Virus record (IMG/VR): IMGVR_UViG_3300045837_000032
Coordinates: 1 to 60,494 of that record
Source: a virus
Taxonomy: Duplodnaviria > Caudoviricetes
Direction: 5' to 3' (one strand)
Length of the DNA stretch: 60,494 nt
Position numbers and translations under genes: made by a program. This document shows positions 1 through 9,641 of the stretch, piece by piece. The notes beneath the pieces are model-generated. The model searched no databases and was not told the origin of the DNA. It was given only the letters and a program-made list of their open reading frames with translations. The stretch's first letter is position 1. The number at the start of each line of letters is the position of its first letter.

Positions 1-127
1 GTGCTCCTGTACGAGCGGTCGCTGACCGACCTGGGCCGGTTGCTGGTGGCCATTGGCCGGCTCAACCTGGACGACCGGCTGGCGCGGATAGATGACCGGC
101 TGGCGGACATCATCGTGCGGTCCGTGG
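1..127. repeat. Terminal direct repeat, copy 1 (circular assembly overlap)
   Basis: Bases 1-127 are identical to 60368-60494, and the repeat lies inside one ORF that continues across the join. Confidence 0.95.
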
Positions 128-219
128 ACGCCGGCCTGGTCGCGGCCGGCGTCCACACCGACGACATGGACCGCGTCCGGGCGGTGGTGGGCGCCCAGAT
201 ACGCCGGCTGTCGGCATGA
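1..219 (+). CDS. Terminase small subunit, 3' part
   Basis: In frame with the ORF starting at 59894; its stop overlaps the TerL start. Confidence 0.75.
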   Translation: MLLYERSLTDLGRLLVAIGRLNLDDRLARIDDRLADIIVRSVDAGLVAAGVHTDDMDRVRAVVGAQIRRLSA

Positions 220-1925
220 CCGGAGCACTGGTCCGGGCCGCCGACCGCCTGGAGGGCAAGGGAGACTCGCCCCGGTCTCGCCGGCTGCGACTGCTCACCG
301 AACACCCGACCACCACGGCCATGGCCAGCCACTTTGACTACCTGATCGTGGTGACGGACGCGCTGGTGGTGCTGGAGACCGCGCTGGAGGAGTGCGAGCG
401 CGGCGAGTCGGGCCGGCTGGTGTGTTCCATGCCTCCGCAGGAGGGCAAAACCACCTTGCTGCGCTGGTTCTGCGTCCGGCTGCTGATCAAGAACCCGGAT
501 CTGCGCATCGGGTACGTGTCCTACGCTGCCGCGCTGGCCCGCGCGTCCGGGCGCTACGTGCGCAACGTGTTCGAGAACTACAGCCTGGAGATCGGCCTGG
601 CCGTCGGCCACGACCGGTACGACGCCGGGGACTGGACGATCGAGGGTCACCGTGGCGGCATGGTGTCGGTGGGGGTCGGTGGCGCGCTGACCGGCCGGCC
701 GATCGACTTCCTGGTGGTGGATGATCCGCTGTCGGGCCAGAAGGACGCGGACAGTGTGAAGGTGCTGGCCGCACAAGAGGACTGGTGGCACTCCACGGCC
801 CGTACCCGACTGGCGCCCACCGCGTCCGCCGTGGTGACCCAGACCCGCTGGGTGGAGGCCGACCTGGCCGGTAACCGGATCGCGGAAGGCTGGCCCCAGG
901 TCAACATCCCGGCCGTGGCCGACGGCGAGACGCCCGACGCCCTGAACCGCGAGCGAGGTCGGTATCTGATCTCCACGCGTGGCCGCACGCCGGAGCAGTG
1001 GCAGGCCACCCGCAAGGAGGTGGGAGAGCGCGTCTGGGCCGCGCTGTACCAGGGCCGGCCGGCCCCCCTGGAGGGCGGGATCTTCCGACGTGAGTGGATC
1101 ACCCGGCATCGGATGACGGAGGTCCCGAAGCTTCGCAAGGTCATCACGGTGATCGACCCGGCCGACAACACCGGCAAGGGGGACGAGGCCGGCATCATCA
1201 CGGGCGGAGTCGGACACGATGGCCGGTTCTACATCCTGGCCGACGACTCCGGCCACATGACGGTGGAACGGTGGTTCCGCGTTGCGTTCTTGGCCGGCCT
1301 GCGCTGGGGTGCGTCGGAAGTCTGCTACGAGCGGTCGCTGTCGGGCCTGGCGCGGCGGGCCAAGGACGCCTGGCGCAACCTGCTGTCTGACGCCCGGACG
1401 CTGTACCGCATGGCGTTGCCGTTCGAGCCCCAGCGCACGCCGGAACTGTGGGACGAGGTGGACAGCCACGGCGTGGACCTGATCGCCCGGAACCGCATTC
1501 TGTACGAAGCTGCCGTGTACGTGTCCCGCGACGATGCGGACGCGGAGGAGATCCAGGCCGCCAAGGACCGGCTGGACGAGTTGTGGACCCTCGTCCCGGC
1601 GGTGCTGGCATTGCCGGAGACCGGCCTGCGAGTGCGCGCGATCCGGCCCGACGGCGACAAACAGCACCGCGCGCTGTTGGCCCAGCCGTTGTACGAGACC
1701 GGCAAGGTGAGCCACGTCGGCACGTTCCCGCTGTTGGAGCACACGCTGGTGACCTGGCAGGAGGGCCAGGACAGCCCGGACCGCATGGACGCGGACGTGT
1801 ACCTGTTGCTGGAGCTGGCGGCCCATTCCCAGCGCGCCCGCATGTCGGCCGCGTCCGGCCCGCGCATTCCCACCCACCCGAACAGCGGCATGATCCAGAG
1901 CCGGAATGGCTGGAGGCCACGGTGA
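216..1925 (+). CDS. terL: Terminase large subunit
   Basis: Walker A MPPQEGKT, Walker B LVVDDP, QTRW motif, nuclease motifs IDPA, DEAGII and DSPDRMDA. Confidence 0.95.
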   Translation: MTGALVRAADRLEGKGDSPRSRRLRLLTEHPTTTAMASHFDYLIVVTDALVVLETALEECERGESGRLVCSMPPQEGKTTLLRWFCVRLLIKNPDLRIGYVSYAAALARASGRYVRNVFENYSLEIGLAVGHDRYDAGDWTIEGHRGGMVSVGVGGALTGRPIDFLVVDDPLSGQKDADSVKVLAAQEDWWHSTARTRLAPTASAVVTQTRWVEADLAGNRIAEGWPQVNIPAVADGETPDALNRERGRYLISTRGRTPEQWQATRKEVGERVWAALYQGRPAPLEGGIFRREWITRHRMTEVPKLRKVITVIDPADNTGKGDEAGIITGGVGHDGRFYILADDSGHMTVERWFRVAFLAGLRWGASEVCYERSLSGLARRAKDAWRNLLSDARTLYRMALPFEPQRTPELWDEVDSHGVDLIARNRILYEAAVYVSRDDADAEEIQAAKDRLDELWTLVPAVLALPETGLRVRAIRPDGDKQHRALLAQPLYETGKVSHVGTFPLLEHTLVTWQEGQDSPDRMDADVYLLLELAAHSQRARMSAASGPRIPTHPNSGMIQSRNGWRPR

Positions 1926-2413
1926 GCCTGAACGGCGCCCTGGGCGGCCCTCCCCCGATCCGCAACCAGGTGCGCTCACTGCCCGTTCAGGTGGACTACA
2001 GCCCGCCGGGCGTGCCGGCGGGTCACTGGCGGGTCAGTACGCCGCTAGCGCGCGGCTGGGCGGCCGTGGTGGGCACTCCCGGTGAGTTGGCCCAGGCGCT
2101 GGTGGCTGCCGCGAACGAGGCCCAGATAGCCAGTTATGCGCGGTTTCAGGGCCAGCCCTATGACCTGGACGTGCTGACGGACGTGGTGCGGGGTGACCCG
2201 CTGGCGGAGGCCGCGCGCACGGTGGACTACCGCCGGAGGGTGCGCACGGACCAGCATCACCCGGCGGACTGGGTGCCGATGCCGGACGGCCGATGGCGGG
2301 CGCCGGGCGGGCGGATGTACCGGGCGGATTCGGGCGTGGTGCGCCGGGTGAAAGCTGCCCGAACACGACTGGGGATAGATTCGGCATTGTCACCCCCGGT
2401 TGATGCGGGGTAA
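1922..2413 (+). CDS. Hypothetical protein
   Basis: GTGA overlap with the terL stop; 3' part of track ORF 1448..2413. Confidence 0.6.
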   Translation: MSLNGALGGPPPIRNQVRSLPVQVDYSPPGVPAGHWRVSTPLARGWAAVVGTPGELAQALVAAANEAQIASYARFQGQPYDLDVLTDVVRGDPLAEAARTVDYRRRVRTDQHHPADWVPMPDGRWRAPGGRMYRADSGVVRRVKAARTRLGIDSALSPPVDAG

Positions 2414-2416
2414 CAT
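2387..2416 (+). promoter_or_regulatory. Conserved palindromic promoter/operator, copy 1 (leaderless)
   Basis: TTGTCA-18 nt-TAACAT, with ATG 6 nt downstream at 2423. Confidence 0.8.
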
Positions 2417-2422
2417 GCTGGT

Positions 2423-2581
2423 ATGAGTCGACACGGCAGAGGTAGGCGCGGCGGCACGTGGAAGCTGTTGGCCGTCATCGCGCTGGCGTTTCTGGCCATC
2501 AAGGCGTGCAGCTACAGCAACGCGACCACCCAGCTACAGCACAACCTCCCGCCCGGCTATCACGTGGTGGGTGCTCACTGA
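2423..2581 (+). CDS. Small membrane or lipoprotein-like protein (52 aa, not in the track)
   Basis: MSRHGRGRRGGTWKLLAVIALAFLAIKACSY...: basic N-terminus, hydrophobic stretch, then Cys; leaderless start. Confidence 0.6.
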   Translation: MSRHGRGRRGGTWKLLAVIALAFLAIKACSYSNATTQLQHNLPPGYHVVGAH

Positions 2582-4008
2582 TGAGCGACGAATCAGACGC
2601 AGAGGACCAGTGGGTGGCCATGCAGGATCAGGGTCGGAAGCTGGCGTACGGCCTGGAGGCGTTCCTGGACTGGTGGGACGCGAACCCGAATGATCACGAG
2701 TGGTTCAGGATCGAACACCCGGACCAGTGGCACCGCCTGATGGCCGTACAGATGATGATGGCTCCGCGCCGTGCCGATCGGTTCGATGACGAGATCAAGG
2801 CATACCTCCAGGCGATGGCTAACCGAATCGCCCGTTACCTGGGCGAAGACGACACGGACGCCTACCTGCTGGATGACACGCTGTACCGACTGGACACGCT
2901 CACCGGGCACGTGCCAGTTCGTGGCCAGATAGTGGACTTCCCGTGACAGAGCGCCTGGACGATGACGGCCGTTGCGTCGTCTCCGACCTGTTCCCGGACC
3001 AGTGCGCGTGTCCGGATCATCGCGGCGGTTCGTTGCCGGATGACGCGGACCCGCACGGCCAGGGCCTGGCATCGGCCAGGCGTGACCACGATGACCAGAC
3101 GCGGGACCAGTGGGGCAGCGCCATGTTCCTGGCCTCGTTCGGCGGCAAGTGCGGCTGGTGTGAGACCCCCTTTAAGGCAGGGGCCGGCGTGCGTTACGAC
3201 CAGGACGACCGGTTGGTCGGCCCGTGTTGCGCGGAGAACGATGTTCCGATCGACGGGCTGGGACTGTCCGATGTCTGATCAACTCGTGGCCCTGGCCGGC
3301 GGCCCGTACGACGGGCATTGGTACTGGCTGGCCGACTGGAACACCCGGCGCAGTTCAACCCAGGCGTTGCCGGACGTGCTGCTGTACCAGCCCACTGGCC
3401 AGATGGTGGACAACCCGAATCCGGCCTACGGCAAGGGTGAGGTTTGGCGCTACCGGTCGCCGGCCGGTGACGACTACCAGGAGCAGATCGTCACGCTGGC
3501 GTCCGGGTTCCGCGCGGTGGTGTGTCCACGGTGCGCCCGGCCGGCCCCGACGCTGATCGTGTTCAGCCTGGCGCACCGGGACGCACCGATCCGAGAGTGC
3601 CCGCGTTGCGCCTACCCGGCCCAGCGGTACCTGGGTGACTACGTGGAGACCATGCCGGAGCGCTACCTGGACTGGTACGAGGCGCACGAATACGAGGCCG
3701 TGGTGACAACCGATGACCACGAATGACAGCGAATGGTCAGAGATGGCCATGGCGCTGACCGACCGGTTCGGCCAGTTGGTGACCTGGTGCCGGGTGTTCG
3801 CCGTCGGCCAGCCCTGCTCAACGCCATGCGCGGACTGCCGGATGAGCGCGGCCGAACTCCAGAAGATCAAGCGCGATGGCGGACACATCAACGAAATGGG
3901 GGAAACGTGAACTCGAATGACTGGGCCGTGCTGCTAAGCGCCGTGGCCATTCTGATCTCCATTGTCTCGATCGTGCTCAACATCAAGATGCGGAGGGGCG
4001 GCCGATGA
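2581..4008 (+). other. Run of small overlapping hypothetical genes (2581-2946, 2943-3278, 3271-3726, 3713-3910, 3907-4008), several with CxxC motifs
   Basis: Stop/start overlaps and GC3-rich frames. Confidence 0.6.
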
Positions 4009-4616
4009 TGTGGCACGGACACTTGGCCATGGCAGTGGCCAGTGCGGAGGTCACCGAACCGCTGGCACCGCACCCGCTGGGGCCGGTCGCCTCCGTGGCG
4101 GCCTGGTGCGCCATCGTCGGCATCTGCGGACTGGCGTCGGATCTGGACCACCGGGACGGCAAGCTGTCCCACTCGCTGGGGCCGATCACGTGGGTGTTGT
4201 GCCGGCTGCTGATCAAGATCAGCAAGGCCGTCTACTTCATGACCAGGGGGCCGCGCGACTACCAGCACACGAACGGCCACCGGGCCTTCACGCATACCCC
4301 CGTGTTCGCCGTCCTGGCGGGCGCTGGAGCGTGGCTGGCCGTCCCGGCGCCGTACTCGTGGTTCGTCGGCCTCGCGGTCACCCAGGGAATCCTGGCGCAC
4401 CTGGCCGGGGACTGCTGCACGAACTCCGGCGTGCCGCTGCTGTGGCCAATCATGATCAAGGGTCGGCGGTGGGGCCACTACGGCATTCCGAAAGCTCTGC
4501 GGTTCGAGACGGGCGGACCAGTGGGGGAGCCGATCATGACGCTGGCCATGTACGGGCTGTGCGCCGTAGTGCCGATCGCCTGGCTGATGGTGGGCGTGCG
4601 GCTGTGGGCCGCGTAG
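4005..4616 (+). CDS. Membrane metal-dependent hydrolase (YdjM/LexA-binding-like)
   Basis: Motifs HGHL, SDLDH, GHRAFTHT, AHLAGD..TNSGVPLLWP; several hydrophobic segments. Confidence 0.8.
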   Translation: MMWHGHLAMAVASAEVTEPLAPHPLGPVASVAAWCAIVGICGLASDLDHRDGKLSHSLGPITWVLCRLLIKISKAVYFMTRGPRDYQHTNGHRAFTHTPVFAVLAGAGAWLAVPAPYSWFVGLAVTQGILAHLAGDCCTNSGVPLLWPIMIKGRRWGHYGIPKALRFETGGPVGEPIMTLAMYGLCAVVPIAWLMVGVRLWAA

Positions 4617-4633
4617 GACGAGGAGAGAAGATC

Positions 4634-5068
4634 ATGCCATTGAAGGACTACACCACGACGGTGGACACGCACCGAACCATCGGCGAGATCACCGGGATGC
4701 TGGTCAAGGCAGGCGCGGACGGAGTGGCCCAGGAGTACGAGGCAGGCCGCGTCAAGGCCCTCACGTTCGCGATCAAGCGCGGTTCCCTGGTGCTGACCTA
4801 CATCCTGCCGATCGACCCGGAGGCCGTCCGCAAGGTGTTGGCCGGCCAGCACGTCAAGGGCCAGTACCTGGATCTGGATCACTGCGAACGCGTGGCCTGG
4901 CGGATCGCCAAGGACTGGATCGCGGCCCAGTTGGCGTTCATCGAAACCGGCATGGTCAGTTTGACCCAGGTCATGCTGCCCTACCTCCGGGGCGATGGGG
5001 AGATGTACGAAACCCTCTACGACTGGTGGTGTGAGCAGCAACTACCGGCCCTGGAGGCGGGATCATGA
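4634..5068 (+). CDS. Phage hypothetical protein
   Basis: SD AGGAG upstream; MPLKDYTTTVD...RVAWRIAKDWIAAQLA. Confidence 0.7.
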   Translation: MPLKDYTTTVDTHRTIGEITGMLVKAGADGVAQEYEAGRVKALTFAIKRGSLVLTYILPIDPEAVRKVLAGQHVKGQYLDLDHCERVAWRIAKDWIAAQLAFIETGMVSLTQVMLPYLRGDGEMYETLYDWWCEQQLPALEAGS

Positions 5069-5616
5069 GCTGGGCGGCGCACGGGGTGGTGTTCGTGGAG
5101 CGGCCGATGCCGTCGGGCGTCGTGCTGGTGAACCTGTTCATTCCGGGCCTGCCGACCACCCAGGGCAGCAAGCGCCCGATGCCGATCTATCGCGGCAAGA
5201 AGGGCGCCAAGGTGTTCACCGGCAAGGTGGCCATGGTGGAGGAGATCAAGCACACGGCGACGTGGCGCGGGGACGTGCGGGACGCGCTGGGCAAGGCGTA
5301 CGAGGGCCGGCCGGCGTCGCCCAACGCCATGGCGGTGCGGCTGGAGTTCGTACTGCCCAGGCCGGCCAGCACACCGAAGACCCGGCCGACGCCGTTCGCG
5401 ACCAAGAAGAAACTGGACATCGACAAGATGACCAGGGCCATCTACGACGCTGTGACCTCCGCGTGCTGCGTCTGGGCCGATGACTGCCAGGTGGTCAGCG
5501 AGTACAACACCAAGCGCATCGCGGAGATCGGGGAGCCCACGGGCGTGCGGATCGTGATCGAGGATCTGGAGGCCGGTTGTGCCCCGGACGCAAGGGGGGT
5601 AACATCGTGGCTATGA
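5065..5616 (+). CDS. rusA: RusA-like Holliday junction resolvase
   Basis: PTTQGSK, WR, LDIDKMTRAIYDAVT and WADDCQVV match the RusA pattern. Confidence 0.85.
   Translation: MSWAAHGVVFVERPMPSGVVLVNLFIPGLPTTQGSKRPMPIYRGKKGAKVFTGKVAMVEEIKHTATWRGDVRDALGKAYEGRPASPNAMAVRLEFVLPRPASTPKTRPTPFATKKKLDIDKMTRAIYDAVTSACCVWADDCQVVSEYNTKRIAEIGEPTGVRIVIEDLEAGCAPDARGVTSWL
5577..5605 (+). promoter_or_regulatory. Conserved promoter/operator, copy 2 (leaderless)
   Basis: TTGTGC-17 nt-TAACAT; ATG at 5613. Confidence 0.8.
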
Positions 5617-5963
5617 CGCTGACCGACGCACCCAAGAAAATCACGGCCAAGCGCCAGGCGGTCATCGATCGTGTCCGGTGTGCGTTCGTCGGCTCCGACG
5701 GCTGGGTGTTCGTGCCCGGCGCCGGGTTCACGGTGCGCTGGAGTCAGCAGCGGGACACCCCCGGCTGGGTTCTGGCCGCCGGTACGACGTACTGGGGCCA
5801 GGAGACCTACAGCCAGCACGTGTTCGTGACGCTGATCGGTCGCCAGGACTCATTCAAGTGCCTGATCAGGATCTGCGCGGCGCCCTGGGCGGTGGCGCGC
5901 GACCAGGAGGTCACGCTGGCGCGGGCGCTGGAGATCCTGGACGCCCCGGCGAATGTGCTGTAA
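5613..5963 (+). CDS. Hypothetical protein
   Basis: Leaderless ATG after the promoter. Confidence 0.65.
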   Translation: MTLTDAPKKITAKRQAVIDRVRCAFVGSDGWVFVPGAGFTVRWSQQRDTPGWVLAAGTTYWGQETYSQHVFVTLIGRQDSFKCLIRICAAPWAVARDQEVTLARALEILDAPANVL

Positions 5964-5983
5964 CCCCTGACAAGGAGATCAAC

Positions 5984-6562
5984 ATGGCAGACCTGAACGA
6001 CACGGCGGCGGAGATCTCGCGACAGCTCCAGGCGCACGGTTTCGAGGACGACGGCGGTATCTACCAGGTGCTGGCACTCGTGGAGGAGGCCGGCGAAATG
6101 GTGGGCGCCTACCGGCGCTGGACGGGCCGGGCGCGGCGCACCGGCACGGAACAGGAGTTCCGCCTGGAGCTGGCGGACGTGGTGATCACGGCGTTCGTCA
6201 CGGCGGCGGAGCTGGCGGTCCGGCTGGACACGCCGGAGCTGTTCCTGGTGCCCCAGCCGCTGGAGCCGGCGGCGGCCTGGCCGAACGTGCTGCACACCCA
6301 GCAGTCGGTGAGCGTGTTCGTGGCGGCCTGGTTGGCGTCCTACTCGGACGTGTGGCTCCCACATCTCCAGCAGACGGTGGAACGGTCCTACCTGTTGGCC
6401 GGTGCGCTGGGGCTGGACCTGAACGCGGACATTCAGACCAAGCTGGACATCGTGTTCAACCGGGGATGGCGGGAGCTGGCCAAGGCCGGCCGGAAAGACG
6501 GCGTGGCCATCCTGCCGGACCCGGTGACGCGCACGGCCTGGCAGTCAGAGTTCGACCAGTGA
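5984..6562 (+). CDS. MazG-like nucleotide pyrophosphohydrolase
   Basis: LVEEAGE...ELADVVITA motif; SD AAGGAG. Confidence 0.8.
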   Translation: MADLNDTAAEISRQLQAHGFEDDGGIYQVLALVEEAGEMVGAYRRWTGRARRTGTEQEFRLELADVVITAFVTAAELAVRLDTPELFLVPQPLEPAAAWPNVLHTQQSVSVFVAAWLASYSDVWLPHLQQTVERSYLLAGALGLDLNADIQTKLDIVFNRGWRELAKAGRKDGVAILPDPVTRTAWQSEFDQ

Positions 6563-7070
6563 ACGCGCTGCTGTGCTCCAGGGGTGAGCACGTCGAACCC
6601 GTGCCGGCGGTCGCCGTGTTCCACTGGCCGGCGACGGACGCAACCCAGCCGGGGCTGTGTGCCGACTGCTTGAAGTGCTGCATCGGCACCTGCACCACCG
6701 CGCCCGTGGTGTTGGATGAGGAGTACGACGAACTGTGGTGTGGCCCGCACTGGACCGACTACTCCGAAGGTGAGTCCACGGATGGCCTGACGGAGATTGT
6801 CCTGGTGGACTCCGACCGGTTCCGCGAGATCACAGCGGCGGCTGACCCGAACGAGTACAGCGGTGCCGGCGTGCCCAGCGTGCCAGTGACACCGCCGGCC
6901 GATCCGATCGCCTGATGGCCGCCAACGACTACGCGGCGAGCGCGGAGCTAGTGGCCCGCAAGCTCCTGGCCGCGATCCTGGACCGGTGCACCTGCGAGGC
7001 CGGCCCGCATGACCTGACCGAACCGCACGACCCTGACTGTTCCCTCCAGAACACGGGCTACCTCACCTGA
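6559..7070 (+). other. Two small Cys-rich hypothetical genes (6559-6915, 6915-7070)
   Basis: Overlapping start/stop codons. Confidence 0.55.
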
Positions 7071-7086
7071 TCGACGGTGAGATCGG

Positions 7087-7120
7087 ACGCCGTGACCACT
7101 TCCCCTGGTCACGGCGTTTC
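7087..7120 (+). terminator. Intrinsic terminator
   Basis: ACGCCGTGACCA / TGGTCACGGCGT stem followed by T residues, after the last gene of the operon. Confidence 0.7.
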
Positions 7121-7149
7121 TGCTGGTCGCCGGTCTCAGGTCTCAGCCC

Positions 7150-7355
7150 CTCGCGCCTGCGTAGTTACGCGTGCGCGTGACGTGCGAGTGCGACGCGCGT
7201 AAGGCGCGTGACGTGCGCGCGGATGTGCGCCTGGGTGCCCGCGCGAGACTTGATCATTTTCGGGCGGCGAAGATCATTTGAAGATCATCCGGTGATCCAC
7301 TCAGTTGATCAGATGTCGATCACTTGTTGATCACTAATGGATCTTCAAAGATCGT
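7150..7355. repeat. Non-coding repeat locus: CG-alternating tract with a 14-bp direct repeat, plus a phased GATC array
   Basis: GCGCGTGACGTGCG at 7173 and 7204; GATC at 7252, 7272, 7283, 7294, 7307, 7318, 7329, 7340 and 7350. Confidence 0.85.
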
Positions 7356-7463
7356 CAAGAGGTGGCGTCATCAGTGGTCAACCAGGGCGGGTGCCGGGCC
7401 TCGCTGTAGGTGCAGGTCAGAGCTGTATCACTAGTCCGATCGGGTGGTGTCTCTCCGGAGGGG

Positions 7464-7492
7464 TGTTGCCCCGGTGCCAAGGGGGGTAACTT
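7464..7492 (+). promoter_or_regulatory. Conserved promoter/operator, copy 3 (variant)
   Basis: TGTTGCCCC...GGGGGGTAACTT. Confidence 0.65.
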
Positions 7493-7537
7493 AGGTCTCG
7501 CAAGGCCACCAGGAACCAACGAGATGCGGGAGACATC

Positions 7538-7702
7538 ATGACGGACCTGCCGGGCGTCGGACGGATCGCGGAGAAGGACGACATTGCCCCCGAGGGAACC
7601 GTGATCACCAGGCAGCACGTGATCGACTACCAGAACCGGTGCAACGCGGCGGCGGCCCGCCTGGGCCTGCCTCCCTCGTTCCCCAACGTCCCGAAGAACT
7701 GA
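7538..7702 (+). CDS. Small hypothetical protein (54 aa, not in the track)
   Basis: SD GGGAG; MTDLPGVGRIAEKDD... Confidence 0.55.
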   Translation: MTDLPGVGRIAEKDDIAPEGTVITRQHVIDYQNRCNAAAARLGLPPSFPNVPKN

Positions 7703-7814
7703 CCCAGACGCCCCTGCCGGCCGGCGGACGAGCCCCGGCCGGCAGGGAGCCCACCAGGAAGGACAGCCCGATGAACCGCACCGCCAAGATCTTGACCCGC
7801 GTGATCGGCCAGCC

Positions 7815-8231
7815 ATGACCACCTGGGAGATCCCGGTGCCGATGGTCGAGACGGACCGCCACGGGCGAGCGTGCCCGTGGACCCTCAACGACCGACCGCC
7901 CTGGACGACGCGTCGAATGCACGCTGCACGGATCAAGAGCGATGTGGCGTGGCGCGTGAAGCAGCAGAAGATCCCACCGCAGGACCACGTGACGGTGCAA
8001 CTGCACTACGCACCCGGCGACAACCGACGCCGGGACGCCGACAACCTTGTCGCCACGAGCAAACCAGCGGTCGACGCCCTCGTGCGGTCGGGCGTCGTGA
8101 GGGACGACTCGCCGCAGTACGTCACGCAACTCATGCCGACGATTCACGCCGGCAATCAGGAGCGGCGACTGTGGCTCGTCATCACCGACGATGCTCCGGG
8201 TGGCGTGCCCGACTACCGGGACACGCCATGA
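7815..8231 (+). CDS. Second RusA-like endonuclease
   Basis: RRRDADNL..KPAVDALVRSGVVRDDSPQYV. Confidence 0.8.
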   Translation: MTTWEIPVPMVETDRHGRACPWTLNDRPPWTTRRMHAARIKSDVAWRVKQQKIPPQDHVTVQLHYAPGDNRRRDADNLVATSKPAVDALVRSGVVRDDSPQYVTQLMPTIHAGNQERRLWLVITDDAPGGVPDYRDTP

Positions 8232-8292
8232 GCCCGCGTGCCGCTCGCGGCCTGTCGCCCAACCCGCTGACCCGCACGAACAGGAGCTGACC

Positions 8293-8706
8293 ATGAACAT
8301 CCGGACCACCACCTGGTCCACCGACCAGGCCAGCGATCTGGCGGCCTACCTCTACAACAACGCCATCCTGGACACCGTGTTCACGGCGATTCACCAGCGC
8401 ATGACGATCCAGAGCCACATGGACTTGTCCGGCTGGCACCTGTCCCGCGTGTTCACCGACCACGGCACGGTGTACCGGGCGGAGGTCAAGGTCACGTACA
8501 ACCAGGGCCAGTACGCCCGGCAGACCGCCGGCACGGTGGACGCCGGCCGCCGGTACATCATCCTGGACCACATCGGACAGCCGACGACCAGCGCGGACAC
8601 GCTGCACGAGGCCCTGGTCCGCGCGCTCCAGGAGCTGGTCCAGATCACCCCCGTGGAGTGGCCGGCCCGCTGGCCCTACGGCGAGTTCAGCAGCGTCAAC
8701 CGTTGA
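8293..8706 (+). CDS. Hypothetical protein
   Basis: SD CAGGAG; start at MNIRTTTW. Confidence 0.65.
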   Translation: MNIRTTTWSTDQASDLAAYLYNNAILDTVFTAIHQRMTIQSHMDLSGWHLSRVFTDHGTVYRAEVKVTYNQGQYARQTAGTVDAGRRYIILDHIGQPTTSADTLHEALVRALQELVQITPVEWPARWPYGEFSSVNR

Positions 8707-8760
8707 TCGACCGGCCCGGCCGTCGTTTTTCCCCCGGCGGCCGGGCCAGAAAGGCGTAAG

Positions 8761-8806
8761 CCCAGGTAACTGGCTATTGTGGCCCGCCATACAAGGGGGG
8801 TAACAT
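8761..8806 (+). promoter_or_regulatory. Conserved promoter/operator, copy 4, with upstream CCCAGGTAACTGG box
   Basis: TTGTGG-18 nt-TAACAT. Confidence 0.8.
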
Positions 8807-8850
8807 GGTGTCAACGGGGCAGGCCAGCCCCCCACCCGAAGGAGATCGAC

Positions 8851-9561
8851 ATGATGGACGCCACCGCCACGATCGTCACGGACACGCCGTGCTGGACGAT
8901 CGCGATTCGCCCGACCGAAACACGGGGGATCTTCCACCGCGTGGACCTGGCGCTGACCTGGTCGCAGGCCGTGGACCTGGCGGGCTACGTCCACACGCTG
9001 ACGCCGGAGGCCGCCGTGTGGTACGTGCCCAACCGCCAGGCGGAGCTGACCGGCTACGTCCACACCGATGACGTGCTGAATGTCATGGTCCACACGGGTG
9101 CCCGCATCCGGATCAAGGACGACGGTGTCCTCCCCTTCGACACCAACCCCCCGGCCTGCACCGCCGTGACCAGCCTGAACGATCTGACGGACGAGGTTGG
9201 CCGCGTCGTGGACGCCATGCGCACCCACAAGCTGGGCCAACTGGTCGAGTTCGACGCGCTGGGCGTGCACTACCGCACCAAGATCACGCGCGACAAGCGG
9301 ACGCTGGCCCGCGTGGAGACCCGGCCGACCGACGGCGCCAACCTGGAGGCCGTCGTCACGATCGAGATCAACCTGGGCCTGAACGGGCGCGGCTTCACGT
9401 CGGAGCACCGCATCCCCACCGCCAAGATGTTCCTGCTGGTCAGCGGTGCCGGCGGCGAACTGATCCAGGACTCCGACGACTACAACGTGGTACTGGCCAC
9501 CGCGCTGGTGCACCTGCGCCACGTGCCGGCCACGGTCCGCCGGATCGAGTGCTGGAACTGA
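8851..9561 (+). CDS. Hypothetical protein
   Basis: SD AAGGAG; start at MMDATAT. Confidence 0.65.
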   Translation: MMDATATIVTDTPCWTIAIRPTETRGIFHRVDLALTWSQAVDLAGYVHTLTPEAAVWYVPNRQAELTGYVHTDDVLNVMVHTGARIRIKDDGVLPFDTNPPACTAVTSLNDLTDEVGRVVDAMRTHKLGQLVEFDALGVHYRTKITRDKRTLARVETRPTDGANLEAVVTIEINLGLNGRGFTSEHRIPTAKMFLLVSGAGGELIQDSDDYNVVLATALVHLRHVPATVRRIECWN

Positions 9562-9641
9562 CCCAAGCTCCGCCCAGGCCCCCTGACATTCGCCGGGGCC
9601 TGGGCGGTATCGCGTGAGACCTGAGACAAGGAGACTCGATC

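Noticed and set aside
1360-1625. Intein in the terminase
   Set aside because: No splice-junction residues or homing endonuclease motifs are present.
7150-7355. CRISPR array or mini-array
   Set aside because: The repeats are 4-14 bp with no repeat-spacer periodicity, and there are no cas genes.
7771-7818. 15-codon ORF (MNRTAKILTRVIGQP) with an SD, overlapping the second RusA-like start
   Set aside because: It could be a translational-coupling leader but is too short to support from sequence alone.
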